The translations under genes and the position numbers were made by a program. A DNA stretch of 64,000 nt from a virus. Taxonomy: Duplodnaviria; Heunggongvirae; Uroviricota; Caudoviricetes. Location: IMG/VR virus record IMGVR_UViG_3300029828_000006, positions 27,904 through 91,903 of that record; one strand, 5' to 3'. The number at the start of each line of letters is the position of its first letter. Position 1 is the stretch's first letter. A model generated the notes under the pieces. That model saw nothing but the letters and a program-made list of their open reading frames with translations, was not told where the DNA came from and did no database searches. This document shows, one piece after another, positions 39,268-48,621 of this stretch.

Positions 39268-40929
39268 ATGAGTGAGGCAGAAGCCCGCCCGACTAACTTT
39301 ATTCGTCAGATCATCGATGAAGATCTGGCCAGTGGTAAGCACACCACAGTACATACCCGTTTCCCGCCGGAACCGAATGGCTATCTGCATATTGGTCATG
39401 CGAAATCTATCTGCCTGAACTTCGGGATCGCCCAGGACTATAAAGGCCAGTGCAACCTGCGTTTCGACGACACTAACCCGGTAAAAGAAGATATCGAGTA
39501 TGTTGAGTCGATCAAAAACGACGTTGAGTGGTTAGGTTTTCACTGGTCTGGTAACGTCCGTTACTCCTCCGATTATTTTGATCAGCTCCACGCCTATGCG
39601 ATCGAACTGATAAATAAAGGCCTGGCGTATGTTGATGAACTGACACCGGAACAGATCCGCGAATACCGCGGCACCCTGACGCAGCCGGGTAAAAACAGCC
39701 CGTACCGCGACCGCAGCGTTGAAGAGAACCTGGCGCTGTTCGAAAAAATGCGTACCGGTGGTTTTGAAGAAGGTAAAGCCTGCCTGCGTGCGAAAATCGA
39801 CATGGCGTCGCCATTTATCGTAATGCGCGATCCGGTGCTGTACCGCATTAAATTTGCTGAACACCACCAGACTGGCAACAAGTGGTGCATCTACCCGATG
39901 TACGACTTCACCCATTGCATCAGCGATGCGCTGGAAGGTATTACGCACTCTCTGTGTACGCTTGAGTTCCAGGACAACCGCCGCCTGTACGACTGGGTGC
40001 TGGACAACATCACCATTCCTGTTCACCCGCGCCAGTACGAATTCTCGCGCCTGAATCTGGAATACACCGTGATGTCCAAGCGTAAGCTGAACCTGCTGGT
40101 GACCGACAAGCACGTTGAAGGCTGGGATGACCCGCGTATGCCGACCATTTCCGGTCTGCGTCGTCGTGGTTACACTGCGGCTTCTATTCGTGAGTTCTGC
40201 AAACGCATCGGCGTGACCAAGCAGGACAACACCATTGAAATGGCGTCGCTGGAATCCTGCATCCGTGAAGATCTCAACGAAAATGCCCCGCGCGCAATGG
40301 CGGTTATCGATCCGGTGAAACTGGTTATCGAAAACTACCAGGGCGAAGGCGAAATGGTCACCATGCCGAACCATCCGAACAAACCGGAAATGGGTAGCCG
40401 TCAGGTGCCGTTTAGCGGTGAGATTTGGATCGACCGCGCCGATTTCCGCGAAGAAGCTAACAAGCAGTACAAACGTCTGGTGCTGGGTAAAGAAGTGCGT
40501 CTGCGTAATGCTTACGTCATTAAGGCTGAACGCGTGGAGAAAGATGCCGAAGGCAATATCACCACCATCTTCTGTACTTATGACGCCGACACCTTAAGCA
40601 AAGATCCGGCAGATGGTCGTAAAGTGAAAGGCGTTATTCACTGGGTGAGCGCGGCACATGCGCTGCCGGTTGAAATCCGCCTGTACGATCGTCTGTTCAG
40701 CGTGCCGAACCCAGGTGCTGCGGATGATTTCCTGTCGGTGATTAACCCGGAATCGCTGGTGATCAAACAGGGTTTTGCTGAACCGTCGCTGAAAGAAGCG
40801 GTAGCGGGTAAAGCATTCCAGTTTGAGCGTGAAGGTTATTTCTGCCTCGACAGCCGCCATTCTACGGCGGAAAAACCGGTATTTAACCGCACCGTTGGGC
40901 TGCGTGATACCTGGGCGAAGTTAGGTTAA
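39268..40929 (+). CDS. glnS: glutaminyl-tRNA synthetase
   Basis: 553 aa with class I HIGH ([13 protein letters not shown]) and VMSKR (KMSKS-type) motifs; matches E. coli GlnRS recalled from memory almost throughout. Confidence 0.95.
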   Translation: MSEAEARPTNFIRQIIDEDLASGKHTTVHTRFPPEPNGYLHIGHAKSICLNFGIAQDYKGQCNLRFDDTNPVKEDIEYVESIKNDVEWLGFHWSGNVRYSSDYFDQLHAYAIELINKGLAYVDELTPEQIREYRGTLTQPGKNSPYRDRSVEENLALFEKMRTGGFEEGKACLRAKIDMASPFIVMRDPVLYRIKFAEHHQTGNKWCIYPMYDFTHCISDALEGITHSLCTLEFQDNRRLYDWVLDNITIPVHPRQYEFSRLNLEYTVMSKRKLNLLVTDKHVEGWDDPRMPTISGLRRRGYTAASIREFCKRIGVTKQDNTIEMASLESCIREDLNENAPRAMAVIDPVKLVIENYQGEGEMVTMPNHPNKPEMGSRQVPFSGEIWIDRADFREEANKQYKRLVLGKEVRLRNAYVIKAERVEKDAEGNITTIFCTYDADTLSKDPADGRKVKGVIHWVSAAHALPVEIRLYDRLFSVPNPGAADDFLSVINPESLVIKQGFAEPSLKEAVAGKAFQFEREGYFCLDSRHSTAEKPVFNRTVGLRDTWAKLG

Positions 40930-40953
40930 TAGGTATTTCGCCACATAAAAAAG

Positions 40954-40979
40954 AAAACGCCGCTACTGCGGCGTTTTTT
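40954..40979. terminator. bidirectional terminator between glnS and Dam-methylase gene
   Basis: aaaacgccgctactgcggcgtttttt. Confidence 0.65.
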
Positions 40980-41883
40980 ACTTCATTATTGCAATTATAT
41001 CGTTAGCAACTACACGTTTTGACGCCTTGCAGGACACCGACCGTCTGGCTGCCATATGATGTACTTTAAACCCGTTTCCTTCATATAGTTCACGGATGTT
41101 TGGCGCACCACTATTTGTTATCACTACCTTAGCGCCGCGCTGGTGGGCTTCCACCAATAGAGATACCAGCCGTTTCTGTTCGTCGAAACGGAAGCTATTT
41201 CCTGAATAACTGGTAAACCCTTCTGTATCCGGCAGCGGTTCATACGGCGGATCGCAAAAAATCACATCGCCTTCACCAGCCGCCTCGATGACGCCAGCAA
41301 AGTCACCTGATACAAAGGACGTGTTTTTGAGGACGTCATCAGCCAAAAATGCCTCCATCTCTGCATGTGGGAAGTAGGGCGCTTTGTATTTGCCATACCC
41401 CACGTTGAACTCGCCATTTTGGTTGTACCGCGTTACGCCATTAAAACAGTGCCGATTAAGGTACAAAAAGGCGGCAGCATGATGTAGCTGGTCATACTTT
41501 CCTCTGTTAAATGCCTCACGCACTTCGAGGTAAGCGTCAGCGTTGTTGTAATTTTGGAAAAAACTATATGACAGCGTGACGAGCGAATGTCCTTCTCGCT
41601 GCAATGTCTGATAGAAGTTAATCAGGTCACCGTTAATATCATTAAGCAGGTTGTGGCAAAATCCTGCATTCGTAAATACGGAACCGCCACCAACGAATGG
41701 TTCTATTAACCGCTTACCGTGTGGTAGATGCTCAAGCACTGTAGGCAATTCTGAGAATTTACCACCTACCCATTTGAATATCGGACGCTCATATTCATCC
41801 GGAGTCCGAATGGTGCGCATATAGCTAATTTCAGCCATCGTATCCTGTTTTTCTATGGCTATGCTTGCTATAGATTTACTCAT
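40978..41883 (-). CDS. Dam-family DNA adenine (N6) methyltransferase
   Basis: FKWVGGK...EPFVGGGSVF and DPPY motifs; ATG 41883 overlaps stop of upstream gene (ATGAGTAA). Confidence 0.85.
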   Translation of the reverse strand: MSKSIASIAIEKQDTMAEISYMRTIRTPDEYERPIFKWVGGKFSELPTVLEHLPHGKRLIEPFVGGGSVFTNAGFCHNLLNDINGDLINFYQTLQREGHSLVTLSYSFFQNYNNADAYLEVREAFNRGKYDQLHHAAAFLYLNRHCFNGVTRYNQNGEFNVGYGKYKAPYFPHAEMEAFLADDVLKNTSFVSGDFAGVIEAAGEGDVIFCDPPYEPLPDTEGFTSYSGNSFRFDEQKRLVSLLVEAHQRGAKVVITNSGAPNIRELYEGNGFKVHHMAARRSVSCKASKRVVANDIIAIMK

Positions 41884-42526
41884 AGAGCACCCCCTTATTC
41901 GCTTCGAAAACTGCCTTTGCGAATCCATGTGGAGTAGCACTTCGAAAATTAGCCCTGTCAGGCCCTGGTGGCGCGGCATGGATTCTGTTATCTGGCTTGC
42001 CTAATGATTCGTCCATTAGGGCATCAGGCATGACAAAGCCCTGGCCGCTCCAGAGGCATGTTTTTTTGGTGTAGTTATCTTCCTGACAATATGCAGTGAA
42101 GAAGTAAGGGTGAAAGATGTGATCTGGCTTACGCCAGAATGTCGATATTTTGCTGACCGGATTTTCAATCATGTACGGACAACCGATCATCTTTGCAATG
42201 TCATAACACTGCCAGACAACCTGCATTGCTTTGAACTGGAAAAACGGATCTTTGTCAGCCTTATGCGCAAACCAGCGCGCACCGGAAACAGCAAGGTCCG
42301 TGCACGGCGGAAAACCAGCTAAAAACACAATACGTTGTAAATTATTTCGGAGAAAAGCATAAACTTCATCACTATCGATAATCGCACTGATACGTGTCAG
42401 AACTGCGCCTGATTGCATCAGCTCATCTCTGGTCTCTGCGTGTTGTGGATCGACGATAACAGCATCTATACCATGCTCCAGCCAGGGGGCGACCATTTTC
42501 CCCGTGAAATCACAAAGACTCACCAT
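41876..42526 (-). CDS. divergent C5-cytosine methyltransferase-like protein
   Basis: GFPPC..AVSGAR (PCQ-type motif IV) and ENP (ENV-type motif VI); likely start MVSLCDF at 42526, 14 nt after rdgC stop. Confidence 0.5.
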   Translation of the reverse strand: MVSLCDFTGKMVAPWLEHGIDAVIVDPQHAETRDELMQSGAVLTRISAIIDSDEVYAFLRNNLQRIVFLAGFPPCTDLAVSGARWFAHKADKDPFFQFKAMQVVWQCYDIAKMIGCPYMIENPVSKISTFWRKPDHIFHPYFFTAYCQEDNYTKKTCLWSGQGFVMPDALMDESLGKPDNRIHAAPPGPDRANFRSATPHGFAKAVFEANKGVLYE

Positions 42527-42539
42527 CAGAGGTCTATTG

Positions 42540-43445
42540 TTAACGTTCTGCTTCACCACCAACGGCCTCCACCAGCGAAGTGAACATCGCGGATAATTCA
42601 GCAGTAAACAGGATAAAGTCAGCGTCAAATCGTTGCGCAACATCCTCTCGATCAATATCGTCGTTCTGGTCGTACAATTCGTCGCTGAACGACAAAGCCT
42701 TGATACTCATATCGTCATTCAGTCTGAAAAATGCACGGTCTTGCCAGTTAACCGCAACTGTGGTTGCAACCTTACCAGCTTCTATATGACTCATGATCTC
42801 GTCGGATAGCAGGTCCACTTTTTTGCAGCGGACCGCGCCGCCATCATCAAGCAATGCTTTTAAGGTCGCTTCCTCACCGGCACGGAAACCGTTCGGGAAG
42901 CCATTTTTAATCCAGCCAGTGATGGTCAGTTCTAATGGGTCTTTCGGAGAGAAGGGGACAACGGGCAAGCTGCCAAGCGATTTCCGTAACAAAGCCAGCT
43001 GATCCTCTGCTTTTTTAGCACTGCTGGCCTCGACAAAAACCAGATGATTGCTTCGGTCTATCAGGATTTTAGCGACTGATTTTCTCGTGAAAGCACGAGG
43101 AAGCAGAGAGTGAAGCACTTCATCCTTCAGCGAATCTTTTTCAGTCTTCTTCAGCTTTCTGTCTTGCTCTTCTTCAAGTGTCAGGATTTTTTTCTGTAAC
43201 TCTTCTTTGAGCACTTGAGAGGGTAGGATTTTTTCCTCTCGTTTATGCTGTATCAGAAGAAAACCCTGGTATTCATGGGTGAGGTTGTCACCAAGAACGG
43301 AGGTCCAACCAGCTTTAGCCATATCCTGAGAACCGCATGGGGTAAACACAAACTTGCTAAGGGCTGCATTTACTTCTGCAGTATCCCAGCTAACTTCGCG
43401 TGAAAGACGATAGATGAAGATATTTTTGAAAGCGACTGATCTCAT
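42540..43445 (-). CDS. rdgC: RdgC-like recombination-associated protein
   Basis: 301 aa; [12 protein letters not shown]...[11 protein letters not shown]...[21 protein letters not shown]...RFDADFIL resembles E. coli RdgC (from memory). Confidence 0.75.
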   Translation of the reverse strand: MRSVAFKNIFIYRLSREVSWDTAEVNAALSKFVFTPCGSQDMAKAGWTSVLGDNLTHEYQGFLLIQHKREEKILPSQVLKEELQKKILTLEEEQDRKLKKTEKDSLKDEVLHSLLPRAFTRKSVAKILIDRSNHLVFVEASSAKKAEDQLALLRKSLGSLPVVPFSPKDPLELTITGWIKNGFPNGFRAGEEATLKALLDDGGAVRCKKVDLLSDEIMSHIEAGKVATTVAVNWQDRAFFRLNDDMSIKALSFSDELYDQNDDIDREDVAQRFDADFILFTAELSAMFTSLVEAVGGEAER

Positions 43446-43454
43446 GTCTCACCA

Positions 43455-43492
43455 TTTGTGTTAGAAAATACATATTAATTATCTAACACAAA
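43455..43492. promoter_or_regulatory. pair of inverted operator-like motifs upstream of rdgC
   Basis: TTTGTGTTAGAAAA (43455-43468) and TTATCTAACACAAA (43479-43492); first copy lies 10 nt from rdgC ATG. Confidence 0.5.
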
Positions 43493-43504
43493 TGGGTGCA
43501 TTTT

Positions 43505-44158
43505 CTATCCTTTCTTGAAATCGAAGTTGCCAGCAGTGGCCTGAAAGGTTCCTCCTGCCTTGAAAGCTATGTCTCCGTTAGCGGTGACAGCTATATTTTC
43601 CCCATTAACATTGATGTTGTTGGCTGATTTGACGTTAACACTCCCTCCTGCATTCACGATTACATCAGCCGGACCAATGATATATATCTGCCCGGACTCA
43701 TTCATGCCAATCCTTGAGCCTGCTGCCGTATTGGCAATTTCATAGCCGCCACCAGCAGTTCGTACTTCAAGAATATTGTTGCGGTGAATAACGAAGTCTT
43801 TCGTTGCTGAGATTTGGGGGCGGGGAGGTGCTCCATCTACTTCCGGCGGCGTCCAGCCGTTGCCTTTGCCAGATGCTTCTGGTGCAACGTTTGGAATTCC
43901 TCCCGGTGCATCCTGAGCGGCACCAACTATCATTGGGCGTCTGGTGTCTATTCGACCGTTAACATCTAAATAAGGAAACTCTACCCAGACCAGGTCACCT
44001 TTGACTGTAGGTACAAAAGCGTTCCCGATGGGTAACTGGTATTCCGCCCAGGGTAGATCGTCATCAGGAACGCCATTCCAGTCAGGTAAAACACGGACTT
44101 GAGCACGCATAAGCCCTGCCGGGTGCACAGTTCCAACAATTTGCGCTCTACGCTTCAT
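43505..44158 (-). CDS. baseplate spike protein (gpV/VgrG-like OB fold plus beta-helix)
   Basis: 217 aa; RAQVRVLPDWNGV...VPTVKGDLVWVEF...RPMIVGA then repetitive VNxGGxVNV beta-helical tail. Confidence 0.55.
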   Translation of the reverse strand: MKRRAQIVGTVHPAGLMRAQVRVLPDWNGVPDDDLPWAEYQLPIGNAFVPTVKGDLVWVEFPYLDVNGRIDTRRPMIVGAAQDAPGGIPNVAPEASGKGNGWTPPEVDGAPPRPQISATKDFVIHRNNILEVRTAGGGYEIANTAAGSRIGMNESGQIYIIGPADVIVNAGGSVNVKSANNINVNGENIAVTANGDIAFKAGGTFQATAGNFDFKKG

Positions 44159-45135
44159 TTGTTAGGCACTCCCAATATCATTCGTGTTGTGTAGCCTACG
44201 CGGTCCTCAAAGTGCGCAACATTTTTTACTATCAGCTTACGGGGCATTGATTCATCAATGCGGTTTTCCTGGTCATAGCGGTATACGATAATCTCTATTA
44301 CCATCCCCGGTTTTATATCAGGATTGCCTGCGACTTCTATATCCATTTTGGGGACGAGAGACAGCTGCATATTGCGAAGAGTTTCCATATCAGAGTCGGA
44401 TATATAACGCACTGGGAGTGAGCTATCGCCATATTCGACGTAGCCATCGGTCATGGAATACCCAACAAAACGATATTGATTCTTTGCTGTTGTCGCATGT
44501 TCCTGTTGGAGTAGGCGCATTTTGGACAAAGTGTATTCTGCTTTAGGGTTATTCCCCTCGTAGGTAAATGATGGCGTTTGCTTCATCAGATCAGCCAGGG
44601 TATAAAAGTTAAATTCCCCCCGACATACCCAACACAATGCACCTTTGTCTCGCGCTATCTCCGAAAGCATTTTTGACGGTTTGTCACCGGCATTCAGATG
44701 ATATGTAACTGCGCGTTTTAGCACGCTGCTGGTAATTTTAAGTTTGCCGGAATATGCCTTGAATATAGCGTCTGGTGTTTTGTTGGTATGTAAATTTGTG
44801 CGCGGGGAGGGGATCTTAAACCTGCGCACGTCTTCACTGACAGCAATAACGGTAACAACATCACCAGCCAGCATTGCAGACGTAACAAAGAAATCTGTTT
44901 TAAAAGTGCCTGCATTACCGTTTGGATCGCCCATTTCAGCCACCAGCGATGCACCGTATTTGGCTTTCCAGTCATCAATTACGGTGCCGGTAGCGTCATG
45001 AATTTCCAGTTTTAGCAAAGGGGCTTTGAGGCTGGTTTTTTCTACATATACTGCGGTAAAAATCCAGTCTCGTGGCACTTTGTTATCGTTAATGAGCACT
45101 GACTGTAGAAAATATTGTTGTAACTCCTGGGCCAC
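44155..45135 (-). CDS. hypothetical tail/baseplate protein
   Basis: 326 aa, translationally coupled to spike gene. Confidence 0.3.
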   Translation of the reverse strand: MAQELQQYFLQSVLINDNKVPRDWIFTAVYVEKTSLKAPLLKLEIHDATGTVIDDWKAKYGASLVAEMGDPNGNAGTFKTDFFVTSAMLAGDVVTVIAVSEDVRRFKIPSPRTNLHTNKTPDAIFKAYSGKLKITSSVLKRAVTYHLNAGDKPSKMLSEIARDKGALCWVCRGEFNFYTLADLMKQTPSFTYEGNNPKAEYTLSKMRLLQQEHATTAKNQYRFVGYSMTDGYVEYGDSSLPVRYISDSDMETLRNMQLSLVPKMDIEVAGNPDIKPGMVIEIIVYRYDQENRIDESMPRKLIVKNVAHFEDRVGYTTRMILGVPNK

Positions 45136-45138
45136 TTA

Positions 45139-45906
45139 TCACCCCATAGATATCGAGGTTTCGGTAATAATACGTTTTGCGTCCAACTCCCATGCTGTGA
45201 TCACGTCTGCAATCACACTTATCGGCGCTTGTGTGGCATAAATACGCTCTTCTCCAATTGGTGCTGAAACATCCGTAAAGCCGACTTCTTTGGCATCCTG
45301 TATCGAGCAAATCAGCGGGACCGGGACACGAACAAGGTGAGTGGTTGCTTCAAATTGTGTACCTGTCATCAGGCGAAGCCGTGCGCCCAGCGAATTACAC
45401 ATCAGACTCATGGTCGCTTTATCAGTTGCCATTAACGTAACGTCATACGTCAGAATGGCCTGGGTGTATTCCAGTTCTGCTAAAGGCATTCCGGTATCCG
45501 GTTCGCAAAAACTGGCTACTTTTTTGCGGTCAATCTGCTGATCATCGTTGATATAATTGATATCCATAGTGCGTGAGATATTGACCAGGGGGAGAGCATC
45601 CCGGTTAATGTTCTGGTTTTCAGGTTTTCTCCCTTGCCCGGCATTTGCGCGACGAACTGCTTTAAGAAACTCGATCGCATTGTCGAAACGGGCCACATAG
45701 ACACGCTCTGCTGGTGGACGATTCAGGAATGACGCAAAGCGTTTTTCTTCCGGCGCGGGGGCCACCAGTAAGATATCAGAAAAAATGTTGCTGATTAGCG
45801 TCGCAAACGCGTTATCCACGTTTTCAAAGCCCGTGGTCTGGAATTTTCCTGTGCGTGAGGTTTGCCATTCACCTGTTCGCGCCAGGAGGGTTTTATTTGA
45901 AGTCAT
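45139..45906 (-). CDS. hypothetical virion protein
   Basis: 255 aa. Confidence 0.3.
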   Translation of the reverse strand: MTSNKTLLARTGEWQTSRTGKFQTTGFENVDNAFATLISNIFSDILLVAPAPEEKRFASFLNRPPAERVYVARFDNAIEFLKAVRRANAGQGRKPENQNINRDALPLVNISRTMDINYINDDQQIDRKKVASFCEPDTGMPLAELEYTQAILTYDVTLMATDKATMSLMCNSLGARLRLMTGTQFEATTHLVRVPVPLICSIQDAKEVGFTDVSAPIGEERIYATQAPISVIADVITAWELDAKRIITETSISMG

Positions 45907-46706
45907 TCGATCACTCCGTTTTGAGTCGTATCAAAATTCCTGGCAGGTATGCAGTAGTAAAGCGAACCAACATGCTGTGTGCCGTAGCTAAAAATACGGT
46001 GCACGTACCACCAGCGGCGCGCTACGCCGTTTACCATCTCTTCATTCCATTCAAGAATTGAGCCGACGGGGACGTTATTTGCTGCAATACGCAGAATCAG
46101 AACATCATCGGTTAAGCCATCCTGCTCACCGTCTGCGTCAATCGCATGGAAAGAGTCACGCCCGTCAGGGTTATCCAGCACATAAACGATTTCAGGTTCC
46201 TGGTAAGTCAGTTCGCGTTGGTTGTTATCCAGTTCAGTGAATGACTCTTCTCCTGTTTCGTCGCTGACTACCCCATATGTGCCAACATCTGGTCGATATA
46301 AGAGAGCCTGAAACGCGTCTGGGCTGGATTCAATAATCAGCATCCAGTCTGCGCGGATTTGGTCGTTAAAGGCTTTATGCCCGTTATAGCGTGCTTTTAA
46401 CTGTGGAGTCGGTTCTCTGCCAGCCAGGGAAGATGGAAGTATGGCTATATCTGATTCGCCAGCATCCGGAGTAAGGCCACCGTTGCTATCAGCAAAATTA
46501 TCATGGCTATCAGCTTGGGCGGCGGGTTGCTCTTCCAGAATGCTGAATGAATCCGAACCGGTATTGCCATGTTCCGGCGCGCCTCCTGCATTCGCTTCAA
46601 TCGGCGCTGGCGTTTCTCTCTGCGTGCTGTCATGTTCTGACTCCTTACTTGCCAGGTTTGCATCGTCAGCAAACCATTCGTCAAAACGGCCCATAAGCAT
46701 CCTCAA
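45903..46706 (-). CDS. hypothetical protein with acidic disordered N-terminus
   Basis: 267 aa. Confidence 0.3.
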   Translation of the reverse strand: MRMLMGRFDEWFADDANLASKESEHDSTQRETPAPIEANAGGAPEHGNTGSDSFSILEEQPAAQADSHDNFADSNGGLTPDAGESDIAILPSSLAGREPTPQLKARYNGHKAFNDQIRADWMLIIESSPDAFQALLYRPDVGTYGVVSDETGEESFTELDNNQRELTYQEPEIVYVLDNPDGRDSFHAIDADGEQDGLTDDVLILRIAANNVPVGSILEWNEEMVNGVARRWWYVHRIFSYGTQHVGSLYYCIPARNFDTTQNGVIE

Positions 46707-46856
46707 AGGTCGATCTGTCAGGTATCGAAAGGAAGATTTTCTGGAGATTGTGATTTTGGATGAAGGAGGGGGAATTCATAAAATGCACTTGCGCACAGTG
46801 CAACGGTGCGCTATAGTTATGGCATTCGGTAATCATCACGGAGGATCAAATGACTA

Positions 46857-47159
46857 ATGACCAAAAAAATTAACATAAAGGATTTCAGGGATGCGTGGCT
46901 TGATGATTTTTTTGAATTTTCAACACCACATAGAAAGATACCTCCTGATATTCATATGACATTGTCACGGAAGTTGGACATTATCAATGCCGCAACTACC
47001 TGTAAGGATTTAAGATCACCACCAGGTAATCGGTATGAGGAACTGTCAGGGAAGCTAAATGGCTATTCATCAGTAAGGGTGAATAAGCAATATAGGTTAA
47101 TTTTTAAGTGGGTTAACGGAAAGGCCGAGGACTTGTATCTCGACCCTCACAAATACTAA
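46857..47159 (+). CDS. higB: HigB toxin (RelE/ParE superfamily)
   Basis: 100 aa, C-terminal RVNKQYRLIFKWVNGKAEDLYLDPHKY matches HigB pattern. Confidence 0.8.
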   Translation: MTKKINIKDFRDAWLDDFFEFSTPHRKIPPDIHMTLSRKLDIINAATTCKDLRSPPGNRYEELSGKLNGYSSVRVNKQYRLIFKWVNGKAEDLYLDPHKY

Positions 47160-47229
47160 AACAGATACCCGGTTACGGACCGGGTTCTGACCAGAGTCCA
47201 CTTAATACGCACGCTAGTAAGGGCAAAAA

Positions 47230-47568
47230 ATGAAACAGGCAACCAGAAAACCGACGACCGTAGGTGATATCCTGCTGTACGAATACCTGGAGCCGTTAGA
47301 GCTGAAGATCAACGAGTTAGCAGAAATACTTCATGTTCATCGTAACACCGTAAGTGCTCTTGTTAATAACAATCGTAAGCTAACGATGGATATGGCATAT
47401 CGCCTGGCAAAAGCATTCGATACTTCTGTAGATTTTTGGATTAATCTTCAGACCGCAGTAGATCTGTGGGAAGTCGAAAATGATATGCGCGTTCAGGAAG
47501 AGTTAAGTCGTATCAATACTGCTGAAAAATTTATTTCTCAGCGGAACCTGAATAAAAAAGCAGCCTGA
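47230..47568 (+). CDS. higA: HigA antitoxin (XRE-type HTH)
   Basis: 112 aa, LAEILHVHRNTVSALVNNNRKLT HTH, FWINLQ motif. Confidence 0.8.
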   Translation: MKQATRKPTTVGDILLYEYLEPLELKINELAEILHVHRNTVSALVNNNRKLTMDMAYRLAKAFDTSVDFWINLQTAVDLWEVENDMRVQEELSRINTAEKFISQRNLNKKAA

Positions 47569-47586
47569 TATAGTAAAACACATACA

Positions 47587-47618
47587 AAAAGCCCACTTAG
47601 CAAGTGGGCTTTCCTTTG
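47587..47618. terminator. terminator after higA
   Basis: aaaagcccacttagcaagtgggctttcctttg. Confidence 0.55.
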
Positions 47619-47624
47619 TAATTA

Positions 47625-47825
47625 ATGAACATTAAACCTATCCGTACAGAACAAGATTATGAGGCCGCACTGCGTGCGGTCGAACCGATGTTCGATAACG
47701 AACCGGAAATGAATACTCCGGAAGGTGATTTCTTTGAGGTTATGAGTCTTCTCATTGAGGAGTACGAGAAGAAACATTACCCAATTCAACCACCATCACC
47801 TGTTGAATCTTTTAACTATCCATAA
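47625..47825 (+). pseudogene. truncated two-domain HigA-like antitoxin (N-terminal domain only; HTH domain missing)
   Basis: 66 aa PIRTEQDYEAAL...EGDFFEVMSLLIEEYEKKHYPI then stop where the HTH domain normally follows; abrupt drop to AT-rich DNA begins here. Confidence 0.5.
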
Positions 47826-47846
47826 TAAAAGTAATCAGGATAAGCT

Positions 47847-48575
47847 ATGATGTCAGAAAAAGTTAAAGATAATCCGTCTATAAATGAAACAGAACTAAAA
47901 TCATTTTCTGAAATAATAAAAGATAAAATATTTAACAAGGTTTTTGCATATGTTGTCATTTCTTTTCTAATTTTTAACTGGAAGGATATTTTAATTATAT
48001 TAAAGTCAAAGGACGACATCCTATATACATTATCTATTGTTTCTGTTGGTGGTAATGTCCCGTTCATTGATAATTGGATTGTATCCCCGTGGGTTTATCA
48101 CGTTGTAATCCCATTTATTTATGGAGTATTTGCATCTGTGTTAGCTCCTGTTCTCACACTGAAGATATCTAAGCTAACAAGTAAATTATACACTGAAATA
48201 AGATATTTAGATGAAGTTGCTGATTATGATAAAAGAATAGAATTGCAAAGAAAGAAAACAAAGTTAAATCAAGCAACCAATGACGCTAAATATTCAAAAC
48301 AAATCTTAGATGAAAATGAAAATAAACTTAATGACTTGGTTGCGAAACAGCGAGAAATTTGTGGCGCGATAAAACTATTGCATACTGATGTTGGCAGTAT
48401 TATTGAACTATATAAAAATAAGGGGGTTAGCATTGAATCTCCGCAAGATTTATGTGATTTTATAGTCGCTATAAAAAGCACATCATTCTATAATGATGAC
48501 AAGCATTTTAATAAATTGGTGTCTGATATTTCCAGTTTGTTTGATAATACTGGAATTGATCTTTCAAAAAAATGA
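47847..48575 (+). CDS. low-GC 2-TM membrane protein with cytoplasmic coiled-coil domain (accessory gene; exclusion/defence candidate)
   Basis: 242 aa; TM helices ~33-50 and ~80-105; markedly AT-rich codon usage unlike neighbours. Confidence 0.5.
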   Translation: MMSEKVKDNPSINETELKSFSEIIKDKIFNKVFAYVVISFLIFNWKDILIILKSKDDILYTLSIVSVGGNVPFIDNWIVSPWVYHVVIPFIYGVFASVLAPVLTLKISKLTSKLYTEIRYLDEVADYDKRIELQRKKTKLNQATNDAKYSKQILDENENKLNDLVAKQREICGAIKLLHTDVGSIIELYKNKGVSIESPQDLCDFIVAIKSTSFYNDDKHFNKLVSDISSLFDNTGIDLSKK

Positions 48576-48581
48576 AAGCCC

Positions 48582-48621
48582 AGCATAAACTACTAGGCTA
48601 TGTGTGGTTTATGCTTTTTTT
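48582..48621. terminator. terminator hairpin shared by convergent genes
   Basis: agcataaac...gtttatgct followed by TTTTTTT. Confidence 0.55.

Noticed and set aside
39268-40929. glnS as evidence that the window is ordinary chromosome
   Set aside because: Both flanks are mobile-element genes (partition locus on the left, phage methylase operon on the right) and none of the expected chromosomal neighbours is present; chromosomal origin is kept as an alternative only pending assembly checks.
40978-42655. Single fused C5/Dam methylase gene (P1 Dmt-like) broken by a frameshift
   Set aside because: The track ORFs overlap by ~100 bp only because of upstream extension; the Dam ORF has an in-frame ATG overlapping the C5-like stop (ATGAGTAA), which is typical translational coupling. 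Fusion cannot be fully excluded without homolog alignment.
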